Positions 17,480 through 28,303 of a DNA stretch of 64,000 bases are shown here, piece by piece (positions within the stretch are counted from its first letter, which is position 1; each line of letters opens with the position of its first letter). The DNA is from Patescibacteria group bacterium (GTDB taxonomy: Bacteria > Patescibacteriota > JABMPQ01). Position numbers and translations under genes: made by a program. The DNA lies in contig JBGTBM010000009.1 in assembly GCA_041749335.1 (NCBI GenBank), positions 179 through 64,178 of the forward strand. Reading direction: 5' to 3'. Below the pieces are notes generated by a model. The model was not told where the DNA came from and did not search any database. It was given only the letters and a program-made list of their open reading frames with translations.

Positions 17480-18658
17480 TTAATTTAATTGATTGATAAT
17501 TCTAAGCATGGCATTAGCTCTTACACTCCAGGAATTTTCTTGAGCAATTTTTTTTCTCATTCCGACTTTATCGAGTGTTTCGACCGCTATCGCATCGTTT
17601 AATTTTTTATTAAATTCCTCGTAATCATCAGCGACACTCACCAAATCAGTAAATTTTTCAAGTCCGGCAACCCCGGTAGATATTATCGGCTTGCCGGCCG
17701 CCAGATATTCATACAGCTTCAGGGGATTCATTGACCTGGTAAATTTATTTATCTTGTGGGGAATAATAGCCGCGCTGAATTCTTTAAGATAAGCGGGAAT
17801 ATCTTGATATTTTTTTTGCCCCAATAAAAACAAATTGGAGTATTTTTTCAGCTTTTCAATCCTGGAATTTGGCCAGATCATACCGATAATGACAAAAGAT
17901 TTATCGGGATTTTTTTTCAATAAAGATTCCAATAAATCTACGTCAAAGCGATCCTGGACAATGCCGACATAGCCGATTATCGGACGACCGATATTTTTAA
18001 TATCCTCGAGTGCTATCCCCTCTTTCCGGAACGCAAAATGCCGCGCATCGACTCCATTAGGAATCCAATGAACATTCTGATTATTTTTAAATAATTTTTT
18101 AAGCGCCGAAGAAACCGTGAAAATAATGTCGGCCTTTTTATCGATAATTTCATAATTATTAATTATTTGCTGCTTGATCTTTTGATAGCCGCTGTGCTCG
18201 CTCCAATCATCCACTGCGTCAAATATTTTTAATTCGGCATCAACCTCGTCAAAATATTTAGTGAAGGTGGGAAGATATGACCACAAAATAATATTTTCAA
18301 AATTCAGACCTTCAGCTACCTTATTTATCTTAGCATATATTCTTTTTTCGCCGGATGCGCACATTGAGCAGACAGCGCTATAAACATATAATTTTTCATC
18401 TGCCTGATACAACCTACTTAAAAACCCCCGGTTAATCGCACGCCGCGCGCTTCTATCACAATTTAGAGTAATAAATTTTTTCAACGCCCGTTTATAATTA
18501 TGCGGCAGTAAATCCACTGCCAATACTTTGCCGATCGCTTGGCTTTTTAGCAATTCGCGCAAAATAAAATAATTGCGATTAACAATCCCACGATCCTGCC
18601 AATCGCCATAATCACTCATATTAAAAATGATTAAGTCGCGCCTTTTGTGATTATCCAT
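17480..18658 (-). CDS. GT-B glycosyltransferase (TuaH-like)
   Basis: FDAVDDW, IPNGVD, NPLKLYEYLAAGKPIIS. Confidence 0.85.
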   Translation of the reverse strand: MDNHKRRDLIIFNMSDYGDWQDRGIVNRNYFILRELLKSQAIGKVLAVDLLPHNYKRALKKFITLNCDRSARRAINRGFLSRLYQADEKLYVYSAVCSMCASGEKRIYAKINKVAEGLNFENIILWSYLPTFTKYFDEVDAELKIFDAVDDWSEHSGYQKIKQQIINNYEIIDKKADIIFTVSSALKKLFKNNQNVHWIPNGVDARHFAFRKEGIALEDIKNIGRPIIGYVGIVQDRFDVDLLESLLKKNPDKSFVIIGMIWPNSRIEKLKKYSNLFLLGQKKYQDIPAYLKEFSAAIIPHKINKFTRSMNPLKLYEYLAAGKPIISTGVAGLEKFTDLVSVADDYEEFNKKLNDAIAVETLDKVGMRKKIAQENSWSVRANAMLRIINQLN

Positions 18659-18783
18659 TTAAGCTAATTTTCTTTATTTTATAAGTTTTTTTAGATAATA
18701 TCAATGAAGATAACATAGTACTTGATTTTTCCACGCATAATTGTTAATTTAAGCATAATATCGCTGACAATAATAATATAATA

Positions 18784-19725
18784 ATGAAAAAATTAATAGT
18801 TACAATTCCGGCCTACAATGAAGAAAAATACATTACTGATGTCATTAAGGAAATTCCGCGTGAAATTCCCGGAATTGACAAAGTTGAAGTATTGGTACTT
18901 GATGACGGCTCTATAGATAATACGGTTAATGTCGCCAAGGCCGCGGGCGCTGATTACGTGATTTCACACAATACCAATAAAGGGCTGGCCAAAACCTTCA
19001 AAGATGCTGTAGAAGAAGCCTTAAATCGCAATGCTGATATTATTGTTAATACTGATGCCGATAATCACTACGATCAATCTAAGATCCCGCTTTTGATCGA
19101 ACCGATTCTTAACAATCGAGCCGATATCGTGATCGGATCGCGCGAGATAAAAAATTTAGACCACATGCCCACGACCAATAAATATGGGAATCTGATGGGC
19201 AGCTGGTTTGTCTGTAAACTGGCTAATTTGCCTCACGTTGACGTGTCTTCCGGTTTTAGGGCTTATTCTAAGGAAGCGGCTCTCAAAATGAATGTGCTTT
19301 CCCCCCATACTTATACCCACGAAACATTGATTCAAGCGAATGACCACAAATTAACGATTGTCGAAGTGCCGATTTTGGCTCGTGAAGTAAAGAGAAAATC
19401 CAAGCTGATAAAAAGCATCCCCAAGCATATTGTTAAATCATTGTCAGTAATATTCAGAACATTTACGCTTTATAAACCGATGAGAGTATTTTTGGTAATT
19501 GGAGGTATTCTTTTCGTTCTGGGAATGGTGCCCGTTATTCGCTTTGCGTATTTTTATTTTAACGGCTCCGGAGCCGGCCACATCCAGTCATTGATCATCG
19601 GCACCATGATTGTTTTGATTGGCTTTATTACCACGGTCATGGCGATGTTGGCGTCGGCTATCGGTTGGAATAGAAAAATTATCGAAGAAATATTATTTAG
19701 AGTAAAAAAAATTGAAAAAAGATAA
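18784..19725 (+). CDS. DPM1/AglJ-like GT2 (polyprenol-phosphate sugar synthase) with two C-terminal TMs
   Basis: IPAYNEE, DDGSID, NTDADNHY, IVIGSR, DVSSGFRAY. Confidence 0.85.
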   Translation: MKKLIVTIPAYNEEKYITDVIKEIPREIPGIDKVEVLVLDDGSIDNTVNVAKAAGADYVISHNTNKGLAKTFKDAVEEALNRNADIIVNTDADNHYDQSKIPLLIEPILNNRADIVIGSREIKNLDHMPTTNKYGNLMGSWFVCKLANLPHVDVSSGFRAYSKEAALKMNVLSPHTYTHETLIQANDHKLTIVEVPILAREVKRKSKLIKSIPKHIVKSLSVIFRTFTLYKPMRVFLVIGGILFVLGMVPVIRFAYFYFNGSGAGHIQSLIIGTMIVLIGFITTVMAMLASAIGWNRKIIEEILFRVKKIEKR

Positions 19726-20789
19726 TGAAAGTATTATTTATAACTCGCAAATATCCTCCGCAGGTTGGTGGAATGGAAAAATATAGTTATGATTTAATTA
19801 AACATTTTCCAGCAGAAAAAAAAGTTATTTCACTTAATAAATCTCAAATTCATTTAATTTGGTTTCTTCCTTATGCGCTTATTAAGGCAATTTATTTATC
19901 TAGAAAAGTTGATTTAATATTTTTATGCGATGGTTTACTAGCACCTATAGGATTTATAATCAAAATTATTACTAAAAAACCTGTTATATCTGCCGTTATG
20001 GGACTAGATGTCACTTACAACAATAAAATATATCAAAATATAAATGTAAGATCTTTAAAACACCTCGACGGCATCATTTCAATTAGCATTGCAACTATAA
20101 ATGAATGTCTAAAAAGAAATATTGCTAAAGAAAAAATAATTTTTATTCCTATCGGAGTTAATTATAAAATTAGTAATAACAATAAATCTAAAAATGAGCT
20201 CTCGAAATTTATTAAAAAAGATATATCAAACAAAAAAATATTTATTACGGTCGGCCGTTTGGTAGAAAGAAAGGGAGTTGAATGGTTTGTTACAAACGTT
20301 ATACCAAAATTAAGCAATGATATAGTTTATTTAATAATTGGAGATGGACCCAACAAAGATAATATTAATAATGCTGTTATTAACAATAAAGCTAAGAATA
20401 AAGTATTTTTACTTGGAAGAATTTCAGATACAGAATTAGATCTTATATATTCAACAGCTGATATATTTATAATGCCCAATATAAAAGTAAATAATGATTT
20501 AGAGGGATTTGGGATTGTAGCTATAGAAGCATCTTCTCATGGTTTACCCGTTATCGCTTCACGCTTAGAAGGAATTCAAGATGCTATTATTAATAATAAA
20601 ACTGGCTTTTTCGCAGAACCAGAAAATGCCTCTTCTTTTATTAATAAAATCAATGAAATTTTAACTATGCAGGAGTATAATAAATCAAATTTAAGGTCTG
20701 AAATTCATCAAAATACAATAAAGTATTATTCCTGGAATAATATAATGAATCAATACAATAAATTTTTTAAATATGTCATCAATAAATAA
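19725..20789 (+). CDS. GT4 glycosyltransferase
   Basis: YPPQVGGME, GRLVERKG, EGFGIVAIEA. Confidence 0.9.
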   Translation: MKVLFITRKYPPQVGGMEKYSYDLIKHFPAEKKVISLNKSQIHLIWFLPYALIKAIYLSRKVDLIFLCDGLLAPIGFIIKIITKKPVISAVMGLDVTYNNKIYQNINVRSLKHLDGIISISIATINECLKRNIAKEKIIFIPIGVNYKISNNNKSKNELSKFIKKDISNKKIFITVGRLVERKGVEWFVTNVIPKLSNDIVYLIIGDGPNKDNINNAVINNKAKNKVFLLGRISDTELDLIYSTADIFIMPNIKVNNDLEGFGIVAIEASSHGLPVIASRLEGIQDAIINNKTGFFAEPENASSFINKINEILTMQEYNKSNLRSEIHQNTIKYYSWNNIMNQYNKFFKYVINK

Positions 20790-21675
20790 AATAAAAGTTA
20801 GTATAATTATCCCAACATATAATGAAAAAGAGAAATTAATTAATTGCATAAATTCAATATATAATCAAAGCTACCCAAATAATTTAATTGAAGTTATTGT
20901 AATTGATGATGGTAGCACGGATGGAACAAAAAATTATCTAAAATATAATTTTAAAAAAGTATTATTAATTGAAAAGCAAAATACCGGAGCCTATGATTCA
21001 AGAAATAGGGGTATAAATATTGCCACCGGAGATATTTTAGCGTTTACAGATTCTGATTGTGTCGCAGATAAAAATTGGATAAACAATATTGTCAAAAATA
21101 TTAAAGATAGCAAAAATATAATCGCGGGAGGAAAAATAGTTCACAAAAATAATTTTATTCAAAAAGTCATTGGCATTTCCGATTTTGGCGAATATCAAGA
21201 TGACAAAATTAAAAACATTAATGCAATACCAACCGCGAATCTAGCCGCAAGTAAAATTATTTTTGATAAATATCGTTTTGATCAAAGCTTAAAATCCTCT
21301 GGAGACCGCCTATTTAGCTGGAAACTTTTCAAAGATGGATTCAAACTTATATATTTCCCCGACATAATCATATTTCATGATCCATCCATCAAATTATCCA
21401 GATTTTTTGAAAGAAAATATCGTTATGGCAAATCCTTTATAGAAATAAGAAAAAACCATCCCGATTTACCAGGCTCAAAAATAGTTAAGTATCATATATT
21501 AGGCGCTTATTTAATTTCCATCCTAAGAACCATTCTGGATATATTCAGATTATTTAAAACATTGAAAAATAATAATATTAAGATATATGAAATAGTACCA
21601 GCTATCGTACTTATTGGCCTAGGGAGAATTACTTTCTTATGTGGAAATATTGTACAATTGATTAAAAATGATTAA
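20773..21675 (+). CDS. GT2 glycosyltransferase
   Basis: SIIIPTYNE, IDDGSTD, FTDSDC. Confidence 0.9.
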   Translation: MSSINKIKVSIIIPTYNEKEKLINCINSIYNQSYPNNLIEVIVIDDGSTDGTKNYLKYNFKKVLLIEKQNTGAYDSRNRGINIATGDILAFTDSDCVADKNWINNIVKNIKDSKNIIAGGKIVHKNNFIQKVIGISDFGEYQDDKIKNINAIPTANLAASKIIFDKYRFDQSLKSSGDRLFSWKLFKDGFKLIYFPDIIIFHDPSIKLSRFFERKYRYGKSFIEIRKNHPDLPGSKIVKYHILGAYLISILRTILDIFRLFKTLKNNNIKIYEIVPAIVLIGLGRITFLCGNIVQLIKND

Positions 21676-23320
21676 TTTTCTTAAAAAAAATATATACCAC
21701 CTAGTTTTTTTTATTTTAATAATATTTTTTACTATTTTTTATTTTTCAAATTTTTCATATGGCGCGCTTGGCAACGACTCTCCCGGTTATATTTTTACCG
21801 CTTCTAAATACTATCACAACGAAAGCCCAACTTACCGAGACGAATTAGTTTCTGACCTATTGTTAAAATATAATAAAGACGAAATTGGATTCGCCTTACC
21901 TCATTTTAATTATAAATTAATTTCAGAAGATGGTAAAATTACCCCAAAAAATTCTACCGGCGGGCCATATTTAATGGCATTAATGGCAAAACTGTTTGGC
22001 GAAGAAGGTTTTTATTATTTAAACCCCCTATGTGGAATAATTATTCTTATTAGTTTATACCTGCTTATTATAGATTTATTTAAAAAGTTTAAGTATAAGT
22101 ATATCTTAGGACTTAGTTCTGTATTTATTTTAGGAATAATGCCGCATTTCTGGTCTTATATTATGTGTGAACCATTACGTGAAATCTCGTCGCTGGCGTT
22201 TATTTTATTATCATTTTGGTTATTTTCTTTAGCAATAAAAAAACCAAACTATATACTAATATCTCTATCGGCATTTATATTTGGCTGGAGCATAAATATT
22301 AGAGAGAACGCCATTTTATTTATTATTTGCTTTCCAATTTTATACTTTATTTATAAAAAGAAATTTAATTTAAAGATAATTATTGCTATCTCAATTATCT
22401 TTTTTATTTTTACATCCTTGGCCTACTCTTTCACATTACGGAATAATTATAAAGCACAAAATGAAATAGAATCAACAACTGGAGAATCCTTGACGGCAAA
22501 TGCCGATCATATAAAAAATATCAAAATTAAAAATTGGTGGGATAATCAGGGTAAATTTAGAACCGGACAGGGAGGTTTATCAATTTATTATAATCACATT
22601 AAAGAAATATTTTTTTTACCTTTTGTAATATTTTTTATAATATTGGGATTAATAATAAATTTATTTCAAAATTGGAAGTTGGGTATATTGTTTTTATCCG
22701 CAACGGTACCGACTTATCTTTTATTTTCAGCATGGATTAATCCCTATACCCGCTATATTTATGCGGTAATCCCCCTTTTAACGTGCCTGCTAGTCTATGG
22801 ATTAATATTTATTATTGAAAACATTAATCAACTTTTAAAACCTAAAATGCAAATTTTTTATAAATCATTAATAATAATTATATTAACAATATTTTTGTTG
22901 CCACAAATAACATCTGCCTTTTCGATATTTTCCGGTGAAAAAATGCCTAGCACTAGATCAATTTCAAAAAATGATTTTAACACTATAAATAATTTATCTA
23001 TTTCTGATGATAAAACGGTATTAATATGCCTTGGAAATTCAATATATATGTCGGCCTTTATCGAAGCGCATACCAGGATTCGTACTATAAAAGCGCCGCC
23101 AAATGAAAAAATAAATGAAATAATTAATTATTTAATAGATAAAAACTATTCAGTTTATATTTGGGATGATGGAACCAATATTGAACAAAAAGACATTTTA
23201 AAAACATATTTTAGTCATAGTCTATACGTGTCATTAATTTTCGATTTTATAGATAACTATATATCAAATTTAAAAATACCAGGCAACAAAGTAAATGTTT
23301 ATAAAATAATCAATAATTAA
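21668..23320 (+). CDS. GT-C fold (PMT/ArnT-like) membrane glycosyltransferase
   Basis: TM1 followed by a loop with GNDSPGY, 11-13 hydrophobic segments and a late RYIY motif. Confidence 0.65.
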   Translation: MINFLKKNIYHLVFFILIIFFTIFYFSNFSYGALGNDSPGYIFTASKYYHNESPTYRDELVSDLLLKYNKDEIGFALPHFNYKLISEDGKITPKNSTGGPYLMALMAKLFGEEGFYYLNPLCGIIILISLYLLIIDLFKKFKYKYILGLSSVFILGIMPHFWSYIMCEPLREISSLAFILLSFWLFSLAIKKPNYILISLSAFIFGWSINIRENAILFIICFPILYFIYKKKFNLKIIIAISIIFFIFTSLAYSFTLRNNYKAQNEIESTTGESLTANADHIKNIKIKNWWDNQGKFRTGQGGLSIYYNHIKEIFFLPFVIFFIILGLIINLFQNWKLGILFLSATVPTYLLFSAWINPYTRYIYAVIPLLTCLLVYGLIFIIENINQLLKPKMQIFYKSLIIIILTIFLLPQITSAFSIFSGEKMPSTRSISKNDFNTINNLSISDDKTVLICLGNSIYMSAFIEAHTRIRTIKAPPNEKINEIINYLIDKNYSVYIWDDGTNIEQKDILKTYFSHSLYVSLIFDFIDNYISNLKIPGNKVNVYKIINN

Positions 23321-23326
23321 ATTTTA

Positions 23327-24187
23327 TTATTTATTTTTTGTTTTAATTTTTAAATAACCCCACAATAAAAATATTTTTAAAATATTAAAAGTATAAATAT
23401 ATTTTAATTTATATTTTAAACTTGGAATTTTTTCCTTAAATATTTCAAGTGGAATAAATAATTTAACAATTTTATTTTGTTTAAAATTATTATTTTTTCT
23501 TTTTAATAATATATGTCCTTCCTTAATTCTTATATATTTTTTATATAATTGCTTAAAGGAACTATTAGCAGGATGCTGCACTATTAAATTATCAGCGTAT
23601 TTAATTTTATATCCGTTTTTGTAAACTCTTCGACCCCATTCATAATCACCGCCAGATTTAAGTTTATCATTAAAGGTTCCAACCTTATTAAACAATTCTT
23701 TCCAAGTAAAAAGATTTGCTGTTACTCCAAAATTTTCGTGTTTTACGTAGTATTCTTGTGGAAATGCATGGACAGAATCATAGACTTCAACTGAGTTTAG
23801 TTTATTTTTATTTTTATAATACAATTCAACTCGACCCGCTATAACTTTATATTTCGGATTATTTTTAATTTCCCTTACGCCTATTTCTATCCAATCTTTT
23901 TGAGGAATACAATCAGAATCCGTAAATCCAATAATCTCTCCCCTGGACTTATTTATCCCTAAATTTCTTGCAGCATATGATCCTATTTTTTTTTCAAAAC
24001 AATATTTTACATTTTTATATTGATTAACTACATCTTTAATATTTTCTGTTGAATTATTATCAACAACAATAATCTCATAATTATTTTCATTATATGTTTG
24101 ATTTATTAATGCATACAAGCACTTTTTTAATCTTTCGGAATCATTATATATAGGAATAATGATACTCGTATCTATATAATTATTCAT
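23327..24187 (-). CDS. GT2 glycosyltransferase
   Basis: VVDNNSTE, SYAARNLG, FTDSDCIP, SGGDYEWG. Confidence 0.9.
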   Translation of the reverse strand: MNNYIDTSIIIPIYNDSERLKKCLYALINQTYNENNYEIIVVDNNSTENIKDVVNQYKNVKYCFEKKIGSYAARNLGINKSRGEIIGFTDSDCIPQKDWIEIGVREIKNNPKYKVIAGRVELYYKNKNKLNSVEVYDSVHAFPQEYYVKHENFGVTANLFTWKELFNKVGTFNDKLKSGGDYEWGRRVYKNGYKIKYADNLIVQHPANSSFKQLYKKYIRIKEGHILLKRKNNNFKQNKIVKLFIPLEIFKEKIPSLKYKLKYIYTFNILKIFLLWGYLKIKTKNK

Positions 24188-24226
24188 TTACAATACATAT
24201 TATTTAATCTTTCTAAACAAAATATT

Positions 24227-26743
24227 TTAACCATTGATCATTTTTTCGCTATTAAATAAATCACTAAATATTGATTTACTTTTAATGTTATTGGTCATAT
24301 TAGATATTTTTTTTTCGCTCTCATCTCTTTTTTTAATAATATTATTAATAAGATGTAATATTTTATCGTTGTTTAAACCATTTCTGCAATCATAATAATA
24401 TTCTATTTGATTATAGCTTTTCAATAGCTCATAATATTTATTTGCCCACCCTATCACCACGGCCGGAATTGAATTTTTATAAGCATGAATCACAGAATGG
24501 AATCTGGAAGCAATTATGAATTTTAACTGTTTTATAACATATTCCATTTCAATAGTGTTAAAATCATTGGGAATAATTGTAACATTCTCTGATTTATAAT
24601 TGCTCTTAATTTTTCTATTTATCTGATCATCTTCATTAGAATACCCGATTAAATAAATATAATATTTCCTCTTAATTAACTCATTAATTATTTGATTATA
24701 TAATGAAAAATATTTATTTTTATTAACTCGTTCCGCCACTCTAATATTTGGCACAATGCCTACAGAATTGCCGGATAATTTTAAAAATCTTAACTTATCA
24801 GGTTCTTTAAATAATTTTTTAATATTTTCCTCGTAATTACATCGCAACACTATGTCAAAACTTTTTTCCACATTGTTTTTAGTAAATTTCATTATCGCTT
24901 TATAGCTCTTATCCTCGCGTGCATAAATTTTTACTGGATATTTTAATAATATTTTCATTAATGGGAAAAGAATGATTTTTTGATAAATTTTATATTTGAA
25001 TGGACCAAAAGATTGCGGCAATAAATAATATTTTATTAAATATTTTCTCATCAATAATATATCGTGCATGCACATTAATGAACGATTGAATCCCCTTTGG
25101 GAAGATAAGGCATAACCGCTAACGTCGAAAGCATATTCGGTATTCTTTAATATATTGTTTATTTCATTCTGCTGTTTAATATTTTCTGTTTTATTTAATA
25201 TACCAGATTTTATACTTGAAATTTCCATTATCGCAAAGTTGTATGTATCTTTATAATCCAAGGTTTTTTTGTCGCGCGTTAATAAATATATATTATGTTT
25301 GGGATATTTTTTTTTCATTTCGCTAACCACAGAAAGAGTCATTGCTTCAGCTCCTCTGTTGCTAGTTCCTCCGCCCAAAATAATAATATTATTTTTTACA
25401 CCTATGGTTTTTTTGTTTAATTTATTTTTAATCAACAGTTCTCCTAAAATGAGAAGACCACCTTTAAATATTTTTAATATTTTTTTAATCCGTTGCTTAA
25501 TTTTATTTATTTTAATAAATAAACGTATTTTATAATATTGATTATCTCTTCCAAAATTTATATATTTTTCTTTTTTAATTAAATCTCTAATAATATTTTT
25601 ATCAAGCACGCTGTTATATGTAAAATTAGATAATTTGTTTTTTAGACTAAAATATTTAGCCTGTTTAAAATTTATAAGTTTCTCCTTTAATTTTTGTGAG
25701 GCTAATATTTTTTCAACATCTACTTTCTGTGAAATAAATTTATTTTTATATTGATCGTAAATCGTCCTACCCTTTTCTGTTCTAATAATAATATTTGATT
25801 TACCCAATTTACTTTCCTCTCCGGGAATATAGCAATCACCAAACGAAATATCAGCTTGTCGATTTAATTTATCATTGCAATATAGGCAGCGAGATAATTG
25901 ATAATATTGCTTTATAGAAATTCTTTCTTTCCGATCGATAAATATTTTTTGACCATCATTGAGTTCAATTTTTGTATTTCCCGGCCAACCGCCACATTCC
26001 TTTGTTCTAAAATCTAATATATTGATTTTATTGTTTTCTTTTATATATTTTTTCTTAAAATACTTATAAATATTAAGATTTAATGTGTTATCGCAAAAAA
26101 GCCCGAGAAAGAGAATATTTTCTTCTTTAATATTTAATTTTGAAAGAATGTTTTTTATAGCTGTAAATTGGCAGCCAGTGCCTACAATAATATATTTTCC
26201 AAAAGGATTGCGTTTAATTTCTTCAATTACGGGATAAATTGAAACCGGAATATATTTGGATTTTGCGGAATTTATAACTTCAGAAATTTGGTTAGTGGGT
26301 TTCAATTTGGGAATGTTATTTTTATCAAAATAATCATATTGCAGCGTAAAAGCTTTATCATAAATATTATCTCTTATTAGCTCTATAATAAGAGTAGTTA
26401 TTATTCCTCCACTAGCCGAATTTTTTCTAATTTTTATATCTTTAGTGTATGTAATGTATGAATCAAGGCAAGAACCGGCCAATTCAATTTCAGAAATATT
26501 ATTTTTAATAAATAAATTAAAAGGATCAAGATTATATCCCGGACAAATATTTTTACATAATCCACATTCTGTGCAAATTTTATTATCTATAACGGGTATA
26601 AATTGCCCCTTATTAAATATCATTGATATAGCGCCAACCGGACAGATAGCACGACATCCTTCGCATGATGTGCATAAATTCAGTTCAATAGTTTTTTTAA
26701 TCGTATTATTATTTCTCATTGTATTACTCTTTTCAAGTTTCAT
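24227..26743 (-). CDS. Fusion: 2x[4Fe-4S] ferredoxin + FrhB/FdhB-like flavoprotein domain + polysaccharide pyruvyltransferase (WcaK-like)
   Basis: N-terminal CTSCEGCRAICP, CTECGLCKNICP, SASGG, SKY, GTGCQ, GLFC, RCLYC, ADISFGD. C-terminal NRGAEAM, PQSFGPF, ARE..S, ASRFHS. Confidence 0.85.
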   Translation of the reverse strand: MKLEKSNTMRNNNTIKKTIELNLCTSCEGCRAICPVGAISMIFNKGQFIPVIDNKICTECGLCKNICPGYNLDPFNLFIKNNISEIELAGSCLDSYITYTKDIKIRKNSASGGIITTLIIELIRDNIYDKAFTLQYDYFDKNNIPKLKPTNQISEVINSAKSKYIPVSIYPVIEEIKRNPFGKYIIVGTGCQFTAIKNILSKLNIKEENILFLGLFCDNTLNLNIYKYFKKKYIKENNKINILDFRTKECGGWPGNTKIELNDGQKIFIDRKERISIKQYYQLSRCLYCNDKLNRQADISFGDCYIPGEESKLGKSNIIIRTEKGRTIYDQYKNKFISQKVDVEKILASQKLKEKLINFKQAKYFSLKNKLSNFTYNSVLDKNIIRDLIKKEKYINFGRDNQYYKIRLFIKINKIKQRIKKILKIFKGGLLILGELLIKNKLNKKTIGVKNNIIILGGGTSNRGAEAMTLSVVSEMKKKYPKHNIYLLTRDKKTLDYKDTYNFAIMEISSIKSGILNKTENIKQQNEINNILKNTEYAFDVSGYALSSQRGFNRSLMCMHDILLMRKYLIKYYLLPQSFGPFKYKIYQKIILFPLMKILLKYPVKIYAREDKSYKAIMKFTKNNVEKSFDIVLRCNYEENIKKLFKEPDKLRFLKLSGNSVGIVPNIRVAERVNKNKYFSLYNQIINELIKRKYYIYLIGYSNEDDQINRKIKSNYKSENVTIIPNDFNTIEMEYVIKQLKFIIASRFHSVIHAYKNSIPAVVIGWANKYYELLKSYNQIEYYYDCRNGLNNDKILHLINNIIKKRDESEKKISNMTNNIKSKSIFSDLFNSEKMING

Positions 26744-28240
26744 TTAATTAGCATTTTTAAAGATTTTTGTTCGAATATTTTTTAAACTTTCTCTAATGTA
26801 ATATTTAATTTTTTCTATTTCTCTCGCTTCAAAAAATTTTATTAAATACAAAAGTGCAAAAAATAACAATATTAATATAATTTTAATAATAAACAACCAA
26901 ATTATATTAAACTCTGGTATGAATCTATCGACTATTAATATAAATATAATTACCAATATTATTTTTATAATCCTATTCCATTGATAATTTATTTGATAAA
27001 AATAATTACTAACAAAATAGGTTAATATTATTAACAATGAATAAGAAATAATTGTCGAAATGGCCGCTCCTAGCATAGAATATTTAGGAATTAATATAAT
27101 ATTTGAAAAAATATTAATTGCTCCGCATATAATTAATATTAAGGCGGAAATTTCAGTTCTCCTTTTTAAATTTATTCCAATATTAATCATAAAATAAATT
27201 CCATAAAATAAATACGATAAAGCAATATATGGAACTATTATAGCCGCTTGATAATATGCTTCGGTGGAAATTATTTTAATTATTTCTTCTGAAAATACCG
27301 TTATTCCGGTAAAAAGAAAACCTCCTAATAAAACATAGTATATTATAATATAAGAAAAGATATTTTTAGCTTTTTCTTCTTTCTTTAATATTGACCACAT
27401 TATTTGCGCCCAAGCTAACTGAACAGGAGCAACAAATAAAAAATTAATCATCATGCCAATGTTGTAGCCCAAGGTATAGATACCGACGATGGAAGATCCG
27501 ATCATTCGCTCCAGCAAAAATCGATCTATCATAGTCATCACCCATGATGCCAGCGCAGCGGGAACTAAAGGAATGCTAAATCTTAATATTTTTTTCAATT
27601 TTACAAATGAAAATCTAAAATCAATATTTTTAATAATTATTGGCAGGCTCATGATGAAAAATATCATAAAGGCATACATCATTCCCCTCAATGCACCTAT
27701 AACTCCTTGATCCAAATATACCATAAAATATAATATCAATCCGATCTGAATAATTAAACGTGCGATAATATACAAACTATATATTTTTGATTTTGCCTTT
27801 GATCTCAATATCGATAGTGAAATCAATGATCCGACATCAAAAAAAGATGTAATAAATATTATTCTTAAATATTGACCATAATCTGCAGTCGCAAAAAATA
27901 ATTCGGAAATATTATCAGCATAAATATATAAAACTGCTACTACGAGTAACGAAAACAAAAATAAGAATATTACGATAGTGCTCACTAGGTTTCTTCTATC
28001 TTTCTCTTTTGTATAATCGTATATGTAAAAACGAAATAATGTGGTTTGCAGGCCCAAGGATAACATTATTATTACGATATTTAGAGTAACAGTCATAAGA
28101 GATAAAACTCCGTATTCATCAGTTGATAAGACCCTGGTATATACTGGAATTAGAATAAAAGCGATAATCTTGCTAATTAAGCTACCAAAACCATATATTA
28201 TTGAATGTTTCCCTGTTTGTTTAAGATATTTCGCGATCAT
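26744..28240 (-). CDS. Wzx-type oligosaccharide flippase
   Basis: IPVYTRVLSTDEYG, IDRFLL..GIY and about 14 TM segments. Confidence 0.88.
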   Translation of the reverse strand: MIAKYLKQTGKHSIIYGFGSLISKIIAFILIPVYTRVLSTDEYGVLSLMTVTLNIVIIMLSLGLQTTLFRFYIYDYTKEKDRRNLVSTIVIFLFLFSLLVVAVLYIYADNISELFFATADYGQYLRIIFITSFFDVGSLISLSILRSKAKSKIYSLYIIARLIIQIGLILYFMVYLDQGVIGALRGMMYAFMIFFIMSLPIIIKNIDFRFSFVKLKKILRFSIPLVPAALASWVMTMIDRFLLERMIGSSIVGIYTLGYNIGMMINFLFVAPVQLAWAQIMWSILKKEEKAKNIFSYIIIYYVLLGGFLFTGITVFSEEIIKIISTEAYYQAAIIVPYIALSYLFYGIYFMINIGINLKRRTEISALILIICGAINIFSNIILIPKYSMLGAAISTIISYSLLIILTYFVSNYFYQINYQWNRIIKIILVIIFILIVDRFIPEFNIIWLFIIKIILILLFFALLYLIKFFEAREIEKIKYYIRESLKNIRTKIFKNAN

Positions 28241-28303
28241 TGCAATATATATTTAAATTTTTATTAATATTAATTATAATTACTATAATATTTAAAACAA
28301 TAT

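Noticed and set aside
24227-26743. Methanogen-type F420 hydrogenase or energy metabolism
   Set aside because: No hydrogenase large or small subunit genes are present, and the domain is fused to a pyruvyltransferase within a glycan locus.
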